Shown here piece by piece: positions 48,516 to 60,134 of a stretch of 64,000 bases of DNA. The stretch is from Somniosus microcephalus (taxonomy: Eukaryota). The notes under the pieces are model-generated. The model worked only from the letters and a program-made list of their open reading frames with translations, did no database searches and was not told the DNA's origin. Numbering within the stretch: position 1 is the first letter of the stretch; every line of letters starts with the position of its first letter. Both the position numbers and the translations under genes were made by a program. The stretch is from NCBI GenBank assembly GCA_052327205.1, contig JBMRGM010000043.1, positions 11,098,001-11,162,000 on the forward strand, given 5' to 3'.

Positions 48516-49562
48516 ATCGTATACCTGTTTGAGAGGGGAATGGTCACAGGGGTCTCCTGCACTACCTGCCTGCTTCTATTGTTCCACCTGGTGGTCACCC
48601 ATTTCCTTTCTTCCTGTGCAACCCTTCACTGCGGTGTGACCAACTCACTAAACGTGCTATCCACGACCCTCTCAGCGTGTGCTGCTTTTGTCCCTTTGTA
48701 TGGCCACGTGCGTCAGAGAATGTGGTTGGAGAATAAATCTTTGGCTGCATTGTTTTTCCTGCTGGTTGTCCATCCAGCTAAACATAGTTTTCTGTGGTGA
48801 AATGAATTCAGCAGACTCTACGAAGGAAGAACATATAAATTATTTCATGGCTTGACTGGGCGGATTCTGAGAGGTTGTTTACCCTGGCTGTGGAGCCCGA
48901 ACTAGGGGTCAAAGTATCAGAATAAGGGACCGGCCATTTAAGATTGAGATGAGGAGAAATTGCTTCATTGTAAGGGTTGTGTATCTTTGGAGTTTTCTAA
49001 CGCAGAGGGCTGTGGCGGTTCAGTCGTTGAGTACATTCCTAACGGAGATGGATATGTACATTACGGAAATCAAGGTATATGGGGCTTGGTCGGTAATTTT
49101 CAGTTGAGGTAGAGGATCAGCCTTGATCTTATTGAATGGCGGAGCATGATCGAGGGCCGCATGGCCAAATCCTGCTCCTATTTCTTATGATCTAATGTAC
49201 CGATTTAGGCCGGCGGTGTTGAGAACTGTGGCTCGTCTGGCTTAGTTCATTAAATAAGCATCGCAGTAGGAAGCAGCATCAACTGGAAGATGGCTGCGTG
49301 GAAGACGTGCATTTTCTTCAATGGGTTGCAAAATAAAATATTTTCGACGGTTAAAATTGCTTTCACGGGTTCAAGAGCGTTAAATAACGTAGTATTTTAC
49401 TTTGGCTTCGGCCTCTCGTAATGTCGTGATGTAATAATGGGGTGAAGTGTTTGTTATACTTTCTGCTTGAAACGTTGTTTGATTGTTGCTTTGAATCCCG
49501 GCAGAGGAACTGAAAGGCAGCTAGTTCAAATTAAGTAGAAACGGACCATTTGGGACTATGTC

Positions 49563-49623
49563 ATCGGTAGGATTCAAACCTGAATTTCCAGTCGATCGCC
49601 TTAAACCACTCGGCCAAGCTACC
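49563..49623 (-). pseudogene. Internally deleted tRNA-Ser relic joined to a tRNA-Leu 5' end and upstream flank
   Basis: Ser-type downstream flank and CGCCTTAA.CCACTCGGCC, then AAGCTACCAC and a flank matching 51125-51210. Confidence 0.65.
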
Positions 49624-49875
49624 ACGTGAAGCTTTCTCGCTTCTGTAACTTGTAACTGATGATTGAAATGTGTCTTTGCCTTGTTAAAAATAAGGTGGAA
49701 GGAAATGAATTTAAATTAGTAGACGGCAAACTCTCTTCTGATGCAACTCACTAGTTCTGAAGAAGCAACCTTATCACAGGGCAACACTAATATATGGATG
49801 TGTGTTCGAACACAACGTTTGTAAGTTTTATTCTTAATTTATCCATAAATCAACTGCACGAATAAAACAGTTGAG

Positions 49876-50035
49876 CTGATCATTATCACATTGCTGCTTG
49901 TGAGAGGTGTTGTGGGCAAATTGGCTGCGGCGTTTCCATCATTGCATCGGTAACTACACTTGAAAATACTTCATTGGCTCTAAAGCGTAATGGGTCGTCC
50001 TGAGGTGGTGAAAGGCGCTAAGGCAATACAAGTCT
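49876..50035 (+). mobile_element. Deu-domain SINE fragment
   Basis: CATTATCACATTGCTGCTTGTG...ACTACACTTGAAAATACTTCATTGGC...GAAAGGCGCTA. Confidence 0.72.
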
Positions 50036-50044
50036 GAGAAAAGC

Positions 50045-50210
50045 GTGCGAGCCTGAGGGGAAACAGTGCAAGAGGACAACAAATATAATCTGGAGAACCG
50101 GCGGTAGAGAGTCAGTGAGAGCGGAGAGTGCGAGCCTGAGGGGAAACAGTGCAAGAGGACAACAAAAAAAATCTGGAGAACCGGCGGTAGAGAGTTAGTG
50201 AGAGCGGAGA
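50045..50210 (+). repeat. 83-bp tandem duplication
   Basis: GTGCGAGCCTGAGGGGAAACAGTGCAAGAGG... at 50045 and 50128. Confidence 0.85.
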
Positions 50211-50335
50211 AAGAGAGCCTGAGAGAAGAAAGAAACAACGGTAGAAAAAAAGAATGAAAGATAATCATTTCCATCACGAAATATTGGAGAAATTAGCCAA
50301 TAGTGGTAATACAATTCTGAGCGTAGGTGGCATAT

Positions 50336-50378
50336 TTTGATCTTCCTGCTAACGTTCTCTCAATTGAACTATTCCTGC
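50336..50378 (-). pseudogene. tRNA-Phe(GAA) 5'-half relic
   Basis: - strand GCAGGAATAGTTCAATTGAGAGAACGTTAGCAGGAAGATCAAA versus vertebrate GCCGAAATAGCTCAGTTGGGAGAGCGTTAGACTGAAGATCTAA. Confidence 0.6.
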
Positions 50379-51047
50379 CGCATATAGCCTGAAATTTATC
50401 ATGAAGTTAAGAGAAGAGCATAATAGGGAATATTTGCCCTCCTAATCACACACTCTGAGACTTATGGAATGAAAAACACATCTGACCGTCGTCCTGAACA
50501 CAGCCCCACTCACCACCTGTGCATACAAAAGGGATCTCCTCTTATCCTTGCTTAATGTAACTTTCAATGTCTGGATAGGGTAGATTGAAAAAACGTATTA
50601 GTGTAATATTATTCGGATTGGAGTACAGTGGCAGATGGGTGCTGCTGTTTAACCGGCAGGTTTGGTAGTGGGAACAGTGAAACGGCGGAGAGATGGTGGG
50701 TCCCGAATGGCAGCACAGGGGGTTTGCAGTCGACAGACTGTAAATAAATGCAAGAAACAGAAATGTAAAACTGGTGGATATCTGAAACGCAGCAAGTGTG
50801 GAGATGAGTGAGTGGTCTGAATTCATTTTGTTGGGTGACGGTGATTACAGTGCACCACACTGGGTTCAGGGCCACGGCTGACCAGAGGAAAAACTTCAAA
50901 TCGCATCTGCCTCTCAATAACAACTGAAAGGGAAAGGTTAGCATGGAGCTCCATGAAAAAAGTGACATAATACGGAGCAAACCGCCCTGCCTGCACAGTT
51001 TATTACTGTTGCCGAAGTGGCGGAATTGATGAAAGCCACAATATCTT

Positions 51048-51129
51048 TGGCAGCGGTGGGACTTGAACCCACGCTTCTGCAAAGACCGGAATCTGAATCC
51101 AGCGCCTTAGACCGCTCGGCCACGCGACC
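51048..51129 (-). pseudogene. tRNA-Leu with an AAG/TAG-type body and CAG anticodon, probably a pseudogene
   Basis: GGTCGCGTGGCCGAGCGGTCTAAGGCGCTGGATTCAGATTCCGGTCTTTGCAGAAGCGTGGGTTCAAGTCCCACCGCTGCCA, 82 nt. Confidence 0.8.
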
Positions 51130-51620
51130 ACATGAAAATACCCCGCTTCTGTAACTTGTAACTGACGATTGAAATGTGTCTTTGTCTTGTTAAAAATAAG
51201 GGGGAAGGAAAGGAATTCCAAGTGCAGCGTTCTTGCCATGAAAATCCAGCAGGACAATCGGCCACAGTAGATAATCCATTCTGAAAACCCTTTTCTACAC
51301 TTTCCTCAGATTTACACTTACAATGGATTAGAACGGAAAGCTTGAAACAATAACAATTGCCAGACAACTTCAGCTTCCTTGCATCACCCCGCACCCTGAT
51401 CACGTGTCAACAACCAACCAATCACCTAGAGCGGCGCGAGAACGCCCCCATTGAATGTGTCCAATCAGGGCCTGAGGATTGAGCTACTCCGTCACAAGCA
51501 GCTCCAGTACGTTGCAGGATTCGGTTTCACTCTGTTTCCATTTTGCCTCTCTCTTTGATACCTCTGTTTTTCCTCTCTATTTAGGGCTCTCACTATCTCT
51601 ACATGTCCCTCCGCCTCTGT

Positions 51621-51953
51621 ATCACAGAATCACAGAAACCCCACAGTGCAGGTAGAGGCCATTTCGGCCCAGCGAGCCTGCACCGACACATATCCCACCC
51701 GATCCCCGTAACCCCTACACATATCCCACCCTATCCCCGTAACCCCACGTATTTAATCCCCCGAACACTAAGGGTCAATTTATCATAGCCAATCAACCTA
51801 ACTCACACATCTTTGGACTGTGGGAGGAAACCGGAGCACCCGCAGGAAACCCACGCAAACACGGGGAGAAGGTGCAAACTCCACACAAACTGTCGCCCGA
51901 GGCCGGATTCGAACCCGAGTCCCTGGCGCTGTGAGGCAACAGTGCTAACCACT
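51621..51953 (-). mobile_element. tRNA-derived V-SINE (HE1-like) with CR1 tail
   Basis: Head AGTGGTTAGCACTGTTGCCTCACAGCGCCAGGGACTCGGGTTCGAATCC; central GGGTGCTCCGGTTTCCTCCCACAGTCCAAAGA; (TTCTGTGA)n tail. Confidence 0.88.
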
Positions 51954-53321
51954 ATATGTATGTTTATCACTATATGTATGTTTATCTCTCTATGTAACTC
52001 TCTCTTCCTGCCTTTGCCTCTCTCTAACTATCGAGTGTCTCTCTCTCTCTCTATCTGTCTCCATTTATGTGCAGTGCTCCTATTCTGATCGGCCCAGAGC
52101 AGCGACTGTGATTGGCGGGTTTGCCCTTTGTGCTGTCGGTGCAGGGCGGCCATTTACCGGAAGTCCAACTTTAGTGCCGCCTTTCTGAGAAACAATGCAT
52201 GTGTCATGTGCAGAGTGAATCCAGCCTCAATAGGTAAGATCATCAATAAAATATCATATCAGAATCAGATTTAAGATAATTTCAGGGCTCTGTGCTGCAT
52301 AATAAAAATGTAGTTTCTGCCCAGTGGGGTGTGTAGGGAATGGAGTATGTACTGGGATTTAGTTCCAGTGCTTCTTCTGATTCTTTCCATTGCTGCGGCC
52401 CCGGAGTCCACTGCGGACTCTACTGGCCGGTAAAATACATCAACCGTCAGAACATTGAGCAACTAAGTCAGAAAGAACGGGACACAAGGTGTAAAAATTA
52501 GGTGAAACAACTCAAATACTCCCCGTGCGGGGGAAGTAAAGAAACTCGATTTAACGATACACCGCCAGGGAACATTTTCAATTATATAGTCAGGTTCAAA
52601 GATAAAGTACCAGGGGACAGATTCTAAACAACCCAGCACACTCACACCACAGCCGCCGTTTTCTCGCTGCAATACCTTGTTTTCAGCTTCTCACAACCAA
52701 TGGCCACAAACCGATCAAAGGTGAAAGCGACTGTGAGCCAGGCAGAAACCAACGTGGTGGCATTAACCAGGTAGTAAATGAAGTACTACACACTGGAGCA
52801 ATACTCGGGAATGTATATGGGAAATAAATCCCACCAGTCCACTTCAACATTGGAGCTGAGATAACGACCAGGAGATCAGCCGCTGCCATTCCCATCAGGT
52901 AGAGAGCGATACATTTGGAGAGACCGCACTTTCCTCGGGCCAGGATCACAGTCGCCACCAAGTTAACTGTAAGAGAGAGAAAAGGAAGCAGAGAAATTAC
53001 GGATCAGACCTGGAGCCAAAGCAGCAGCTTGACAGAATCTAGACTGAAATTTCCAGCTTTGTTGCTGCATCGAACAGTAGATATTGAATCAATGATCTTG
53101 CAGCGCATCCGGGCAGAGAAATCTTTGACAAGACAATGATTGATAATTATAAAGAAAATCGATATGGAGAGTGAATACATTGAGCAGCGGATCCACTGGA
53201 AGGGCCGAGTGAGGGCGCAGTGCCGGTGGGGAAGGGAGATTAGGCTTTCCGGTGCCGGGTTCCAACGGGTTAAATCCGGATTGGAGCTCCAGACAGAGGG
53301 GAGGAGAGTTCAGACATGGAA

Positions 53322-53969
53322 GCTTTGGGCACCGGGGAGGTGCAGCTGGTTTGTTGCTCCGGGTTAAGATCGCCGACAGAAAGGGGCATTAAACTGGAAA
53401 GGCCGAGAGCCGTGGCAGTGAGTTTGAGGCTTTGGGGACAGGGGAGGTGCAGCTGGTTTGTTGCTCCGGGTTAAGATCGCCGACAGAAAGGGGCATTAAA
53501 CGGGAAAGGCCGAGAGCCGCGGCAGTGAGTTTGAGGCTTTGGGGACCGGGGAGGTGCCGCTGGTTTGTTGCTCCGGGTTAAGGTCGCCGACAGAAAGGGG
53601 CACTAAACGGGCAAGGCCGAGAGCCGCGGCACTGAGTTTGAGGCTTTGGGGACCGGGGAGGTGCCGCTGGTTTGTTGCTCCGGGTTAAGATCACCGACAG
53701 AAAGGGGCACTAAACGGGCAAGGCCGAGAGCCGCGGCACTGAGTTTGAGGGTTTGGGGACAGGGGAGGTGCCGCTGGTTTGTTGCTCCGCGTTAAGATCG
53801 CCGACAGAAAGGGGCATTAAACGGGAAAGGCCGAGAGCCGCGGCACTGAGTGTGAGGCTTTGGGGACCGGGGAGGTGCCGCTGGTTTGTTGCTCCGGGTT
53901 AAGGTCACCGACAGAAAGGGGCACTAAACGGGCAAGGCCGAGAGCCGCGGCAGTGAGTTTGAGGCTTTG
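53322..53969. repeat. GC-rich minisatellite, 6 x 107 bp
   Basis: C(G/A)CCGACAGAAAGGGGCA at 53371, 53478, 53585, 53692, 53799, 53906. Confidence 0.95.
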
Positions 53970-54501
53970 GATCGGATTGGAAGGGACAGCTGGATGCTGA
54001 GCTAGTGAGTGAGATTTGGAGAGAGACAAGGGGAAGAACATGCCGAAGCTGCATAGGAGTCAGGAGCTGTACGTTTAGAAAGCGGACAAACTGAGGCAAC
54101 GGTTGAGGAGACAGAGGATTCAATGTAGGGGGAGGAGAGGCTGGGATTCACAGGGAGATTCTGCAGCAGAGTGTTAGAGGAAGTTAATGTATAGATCACA
54201 GTAACAACATTCAAATAATACATTCAAACATTACTGGTTTTGCTGCTGTCAGCTCGTTGGGTATAACATGTGGTCAAGAAATCTAGTCAGCACATTCAGT
54301 TACATGAAATTCAAAGATATCCGTTATTTCAACATCATTATTGACTGAATTGAGCTGATGCACAGATTTAAATCCACTGTTCCAATAATACGTTTTGTTT
54401 ACTACGTCATGGATCCTATATTTTAAATACATTTTATTATGTGTATTTATGTCATAAAGAAACAAAAACAATATTGACTAAAACAGACTGAGGATCTGAT
54501 G

Positions 54502-54638
54502 GATAAACACAGGGAAACTCAAACAGAAATAAGATCTCACCCAATCTGACCACATCCTAATAACACCCTGATAAACACAGGGAAACTCAAATAGAAATAA
54601 GATCTCACCCAATCTGACCACATCCTAATAACACCCTG
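54502..54638. repeat. 68-bp tandem duplication
   Basis: GATAAACACAGGGAAACTCAAA...ACACCCTG twice. Confidence 0.9.
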
Positions 54639-55924
54639 AATTCACATTTACTTTTAATTGTAGTCGAAGTTTCAGTAGCTCGCTCCCTCACTTTCGCTCA
54701 AACTTTTCCTTCTCTCTTGTGTTCTCTCTCTCTCTCTTTCTCTATCTCTCCTCTATCTTTCCGCACTGTCTGTGCTCTATTTGTCAAAGCTCTTTATCGC
54801 ATCCGATTCAATCCTAACACCTCGCCCACATTCTCCTCTCCTGCTCCGTGCTCAGTGATCCTGTTCTCAGAGTCAGTTTGTTCTATGCTGAATCCTCTGA
54901 GAATAATTAAGTGTTTCTGCGGGTCACACAGGTCACCTCCTGTTCCCCTGAAAGGTTCCCCTCATCTGCAATACGTACAATGAACAGAAACGAGTATCTC
55001 TTCCAGACAGAGCTCACAATAATTGAAATCCCTTCTCCTGTAATTATAATATGCAGCGTTAGATGGCGCGATTGTTCAATTAACAAAATGCCAACATCAC
55101 CGCTGCTACTTATAATCCCCAGATCAACAGAAGGGCTCCTGCTTCCAGAGATACAGTGCAAACTGATACATCATAACCGAAAACATTTCATTTTACTATG
55201 AATTTTGGTGACAGTCATTGAATACATTCACACTGAAGCAGAGAAGGAGATATGAATGGGTCAGCAGCAGCCTCGGTTCAGTCGCCAATCCCCTGAAGTG
55301 ACGTCAGATACGCACACAGTGAAATAATATTTCATAACAGTGATAACCAAAACCCGCATTGAAATCCCAGTTAAACTGAACCATGTTATTGGGCAGGGAG
55401 AACATTGCGCCACCTCCGTGAAACACTGAGACCGTGAGCTGTCTTGTTGGAGGACAGTTTAATTCACAGCATGAAACTGTTACCAGCTCCTGATGGTCTG
55501 ATCCTTGCTCTTAACCCAGGCACCTGTTTTCAGTACATTCAGTGCAGTCAATAAGCCTGTAACAATGCTAGGGTTGGATAAACAATGATCATTACTGACA
55601 TAACGTAGCTCCTACAAGAACGAAAGAGCGGAGACTAAGGACACCCCATCATTACTCTGATTGGACAGAACAGGCGGCTGTGTAAAACATTCACCGAGTA
55701 AAACATTACCAAGTGCGGCAACACAGTTAACACAGATTCACACCATTGACAGGTAAGATATTGGCATAACAGAAACTCCAACAGCTGCAAGAACAGGATA
55801 GTAAATGTCTTCTATCTGACAGATTACTGGGTATCCCATTTCTGTGAGAAGCAGCGACTTCTGTTGGAGTGGAACCCACAGTTCCGGCAGGCACTCTGAG
55901 CTGATACATTCCATTGGGCCCTGA

Positions 55925-55930
55925 TTTATA
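55925..55930 (-). promoter_or_regulatory. TATA box of the GPCR pseudogene
   Basis: TATAAA on the - strand ~86 nt upstream of the exon 1 ATG. Confidence 0.5.
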
Positions 55931-56749
55931 CAGGAGATAAGTCTCCATTGGTGCGCTTATGCCCCTGATCACTGCAATCAGTTACGGTCACTTGAAAAAC
56001 ACATTACATCCGGACTTTTGACTCCAATGTAAATAATGCGGTGGACAAAACAAAAGCATCTCAAAATCCGTGACATTATCTTAATCAGACCTCTCTCGGC
56101 AGAATAAGACTGAAAGATCTGCTCACACCGGGCTGATCCAAAAATACTGAATGGCTTCATTTACAATATTCATGTAATTGTAGTGATCATGTTCACTCCT
56201 GCCGATTCAATTATAAATGTTACCGATTGCTCCGCAGTGTGCATTAAATCCAGGGGCATATTCGGAACCGTTTCACTCTGTGCCTGCAGTTTCTCTGTTA
56301 AATTATGAACATTCAGTCTCTGAGACTTAAATGACTTCTTCAGGATTGGAGCCCAGAAATTACTGTGTGTGATATTACAGGGCGGACACTGAACGTGCCT
56401 GATTGGCATTCCTCTCTCCGCTATTTTACTGCAGAAGTTTACCTGCTTAATCTACATTGCTTAACAGCTACAGTAAAATTTGAACTGTGCCACCTCCAGA
56501 CTCCATTCCCCCAGTTTACTCCGGGCCGGTCACCCAACCTCCACATTCTTGCAATGTCTACCGATCAAACACACTGCTGTCCACGTGCAGCACTCCCCAA
56601 GACCCGCTCGCCCATCACCCGCCCCCTCACTGTCCCGCTAGACAGCCCCACCCCCCGTAACGCCTGTACCTTTAAATTCTCATTCTGTAGTTTAAATCCC
56701 TCCATGGTCTCACCCCTCGCCATCTCCACCCTCCCCTCCGAACCATGCA

Positions 56750-57150
56750 GTAAACCCATGCGTGATGTCTCCATTCCTCTGACACTGGCCTCTTTCGGTG
56801 GGACTGCCCTCACTTGGTTCCAGTCTTACCGATCTGATCATAGCCAGAGCATCTCCAGCAATGCTGTCTCTTGCCAAACCAGCAACGTTAACCTTCGAGT
56901 CTCTGAACTTTCCATTCTTGCCCCTCCTCTTCCTTATCTACATGCTGCCCTTTGTGACATCATCTGCAGACCTGGGTTCAGATTCCACATGTCTGCTGAC
57001 AGCACCCAGCTCCGGCTCTCCACTACCTCTCTGCAACCTCCACTCCCTCTGTGTTATCAGACGGCAACAGTCAGTTTTGCATGAGCTGAGATTTGCTCCA
57101 TTTAAACATTGGGAAGACCAAGGACATCATATCTAGCCCCATCACTAACT
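56750..57150 (+). mobile_element. L2-type LINE RT fragment, old; further pieces at ~57500-57990 and ~59300-59690
   Basis: GTALTWFQSY..., PLLFLIYMLP, FHMSADSTQL. Confidence 0.7.
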
Positions 57151-57156
57151 CCATAC

Positions 57157-57480
57157 GTAAGAACATAAGAAATACGAGCAGGATTAGGCCATTTGGCCCA
57201 TCGCGCCTGCTCCACCATTCAATAAGATCATGGCTGATCTTCTACCTCATCTCCACTTTCCTGCACTATCCCCATTTCGCTTGATTCCCTTAATATTCAA
57301 AAATCTATCGATCCCTACCTTGAACATACTCAACGACTGAGCCTCCACAGCCCTCTGGGGTAGAGAATTTCAAAGATTCCCCACCCTCAGAGTGAACAAA
57401 TGTCTCCTCATCCTAGCCCGAAATTCCCTTTTTCTGAGAGTGTGAGCCTTTGTTCTAGACTCCACAGCCAGGGGAAACCA
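57157..57480 (-). mobile_element. CR1 3' fragment
   Basis: TAAGAACATAAGAAATA tail; CCATTCAATAAGATCATGGCTGATC. Confidence 0.82.
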
Positions 57481-58419
57481 CCCTTGTCATTGACGCAAAC
57501 CCGCTCCCTGGCTGTTGTCTGAGGCTCAATATAATGTTTTATAACCTCTGATCCCTATATTTCCCCGATTTGAGCTTCCGCCCTCATATATTCTCCATCA
57601 CAAAAGACAACTACTCCATCATTATAACATCGCCAGCTTCTCCCCCTGTCTCAGCCCATCTGGAACTGTAATACTCAATCGTGAATTTATCAGCTCCAGA
57701 CGCTCCGTCTTCCCCTCCAATCCATCGCCTCTTCAATCCTCTGGAAATGGCCTCGTTTTTGTGGGATTCCCTTTGTTTGTTTCCACGTTTACCTATTTGA
57801 TCGGAGCGAGGTAATCTCCAGCTATTGCTTCTATCCCCGCTACACTCGCCCGTAGCACCGTTCCCTATGATTACTCCCAAGGATCTGTCGTAGCCCTCTC
57901 TTCTTCCGCATCTACCTGCTTTCCGTGGAGCTCTCATCCGCAGATATGCGATCAGCTTTTACATGTGCACTGATGATACCAGTGTTAACGTACCATCTCC
58001 TGGAACCACAGAATCATGGAGTCATAGAATAGTACAGAGATTCGCCCCATCGAGTCTTTTTCGAAGAGCAATTCAGTTATTTCCACTCTCCCGATCTTTC
58101 CCCACATCATTGCATTTTGCTCTCCATCAGGTATTTTCCAATGCCCCTTTCAAGGCTGCTACTGAATCTTTGCCCACCACCATATCGGGAAGGGCATTAC
58201 AAATTCTCACCAGTCGTTGCATAAAAATATTTATTCATGAAGCCTCTGGTTCATTTGCCAATCAAATTAAAGCTGCACCCTTTGGTTATCGGCCCTTCAG
58301 CCATTGTAAAGAGTTGATCTATATTTACTCTATAAAAACACTTCAAGATTTTAAACCCCTCTATCAAATCTCCTCATAGCCTTCTCTGCTCTCAGGAGAA
58401 CAAACGCAGCTTGGTCAGA

Positions 58420-58926
58420 CTAGGCCAGAGGCTGGGTATTCTGCAGCCAGTGTCCCACCGCCTGACTTCCCAAACCCTTGCCATCATCTACAGGGCACAA
58501 CTCTGGAATGTGATGGAACACTCTTCACTTACCTGGATGAGTGCAGATCTAACAACACTCAAGAAGCTCGACCAATAACCAGGACACACCAGCTCGCATA
58601 ATTGACACCCCATCTACAACCTTAACATTCACTCCCTCCACCACCGGCGCACTGTGGCTGCAGTGTGTACCATCTACAAGATGCTCTGCAAGTTCCCCTT
58701 CAAGTTGTACACCATTTTGTCTTGGAAGTATATTGCCGTTCCTTCATCGTCGCTGAGTCAACATCCTGGATCTCCCTCCCTTAAATGCGCTGTTGCAGTA
58801 TCTTCACCAGACGGACTGCAGCGCTTCAAGGAGGTGTCTTACCACCGCCTTCTCAGGAGCATTGAGGGATGGGCAATAAATGCTGGTCTTGACAGCGGTG
58901 CACACATTCCATGAACGAATAAAAAG
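58420..58926 (+). mobile_element. LINE 3' fragment (CR1/L2 group) nested in an older minus-strand CR1 piece (~58005-59250)
   Basis: Translates in part as LNIHSLHHRRTVAAVCTIYKM; ends GAATAAAAAA. Confidence 0.6.
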
Positions 58927-59702
58927 CAGTTCTCCTATCTATCCACACAACTGCAATGCCTCATTCGAATGGCATACTCCTGCTCCTATCTTCTGTTTCT
59001 ATCCCTAGAACATTGCTAGCAAATCTCTTGTGTACCCTCTCCAAATCTTTCACCCCCTTCCTAAGTTGTGGTCACCAGCATTGGATTCAATGATCCACCT
59101 GGGCCAGAAATAGTGTTTTATGTAGTTTTACGAAAGCTTCCTGACTTCGTACTCTGTGACTCTATTTCTAAAGTCAAGGATTCTGTACATTTATCAGCTG
59201 CTTTGTTACCCTGTCCTGCCACACACAGGCATCTCCGTTGTTGCACCCCCTTTAAAGTGATATCTCTTTCGATCCTCCTCTCCCCGCAATACCCGCTCGC
59301 CCCACTGCCACTATGCTTTCAGACTACTTGTCCAACATGAGGTTCTGGAGGCATCACAAATATTTCGATAAATTGGCAAGACTGGAGCCACCTTCTTTAG
59401 TCCCAGCCACAATCTTAGTATCCTAGGCATACATTGCAATCCACACCTTGGCTGTTAGCTCTCAATGACCCTTAATGCACTGTTTGATCCTAATTTATGG
59501 TTCATTCCCAATAGTCGCTCCCTAACACTGATTGCCTACGTCAACCTCATTAGTATGGCCCCCTAAACGCATGCCTCAGGCAATCGGATATCGAAATGTG
59601 CATCCATGCCTTTGGCACATCCAGACCCAACTATACGAATGGGTACCTGTCTGACCAACCCTACTCTACCTTACATATACTGACACAGGCCGGTATAACT
59701 CT

Positions 59703-60130
59703 CAGCCTTGTAGTGTAAGGAGACAGACCTGCACAACCCCGGCACTGTAGAGTGATTACACAGAGCGCTACATCCACAGTCCAGCAGTGTAAGGACACAG
59801 ACCTGCAAAACGCCGACACTGTACACTAATTACACAGAAGGCTACATCCACAGCCCTGCAGTGTAAGGACACAGATCTGTAAAACTCCGACATTGTACAG
59901 CAATTATACAGCACACCACATCCACATTCGTGCAGTGTAAGGACACAGACCTGCACAACGCTGACACTGTACACTAATTACAAAGAAGTCTAGATCCACA
60001 GCCCTGCATTGTAAGGGCACGGACCTGCAAAACCCCGACACTGTACAGTAATTACACAGAGCGCTACATCCACAGCAATGCAGTCTAAGACACAGGAATG
60101 TACAACAGCCAGCCCCGCACTGAAGATTAC
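59703..60130. repeat. Diverged minisatellite, ~5.5 x 74 bp
   Basis: AAGG(A)CACAGA anchor at 59717, 59791, 59865, 59939, 60013, 60087. Confidence 0.88.
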
Positions 60131-60134
60131 AGAG

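Larger units (their letters stand above)
44907..48675 (-). mobile_element. Near full-length CR1 LINE (ORF1 esterase domain + ORF2 APE-RT), defective
   Basis: (CATAGAGT)n tail at the left; inserted at TTCTCTCGT|GTGCTGC of the unit. Confidence 0.96.
43533..49623 (+). repeat. Isolated, moderately diverged array unit interrupted by a CR1 (unit sequence 43533-44906 and 48676-49623)
   Basis: Colinear with the array unit on both sides of the LINE. Confidence 0.93.
52370..55839 (-). pseudogene. Two-exon GPR139-like rhodopsin-family GPCR pseudogene
   Basis: Exon 1 at 55770-55839 encodes MGYPVICQIEDIYYPVLAAVGVS; exon 2 starts at 52966 after a polypyrimidine tract + ACAG and encodes NLVATVILARGKCGLSKC..MAAADLLVVI..WLTVAFTFDRFVAI; frameshifts, a stop, truncation after TM5, donor reads TT not GT. 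Confidence 0.85.

Noticed and set aside
51895-51953. Additional tRNA gene
   Set aside because: These A/B boxes are the head of the V-SINE; there is no acceptor stem
56365-57084. 239-aa ORF
   Set aside because: Chance open frame through decayed L2 LINE sequence, with RT motifs split between frames
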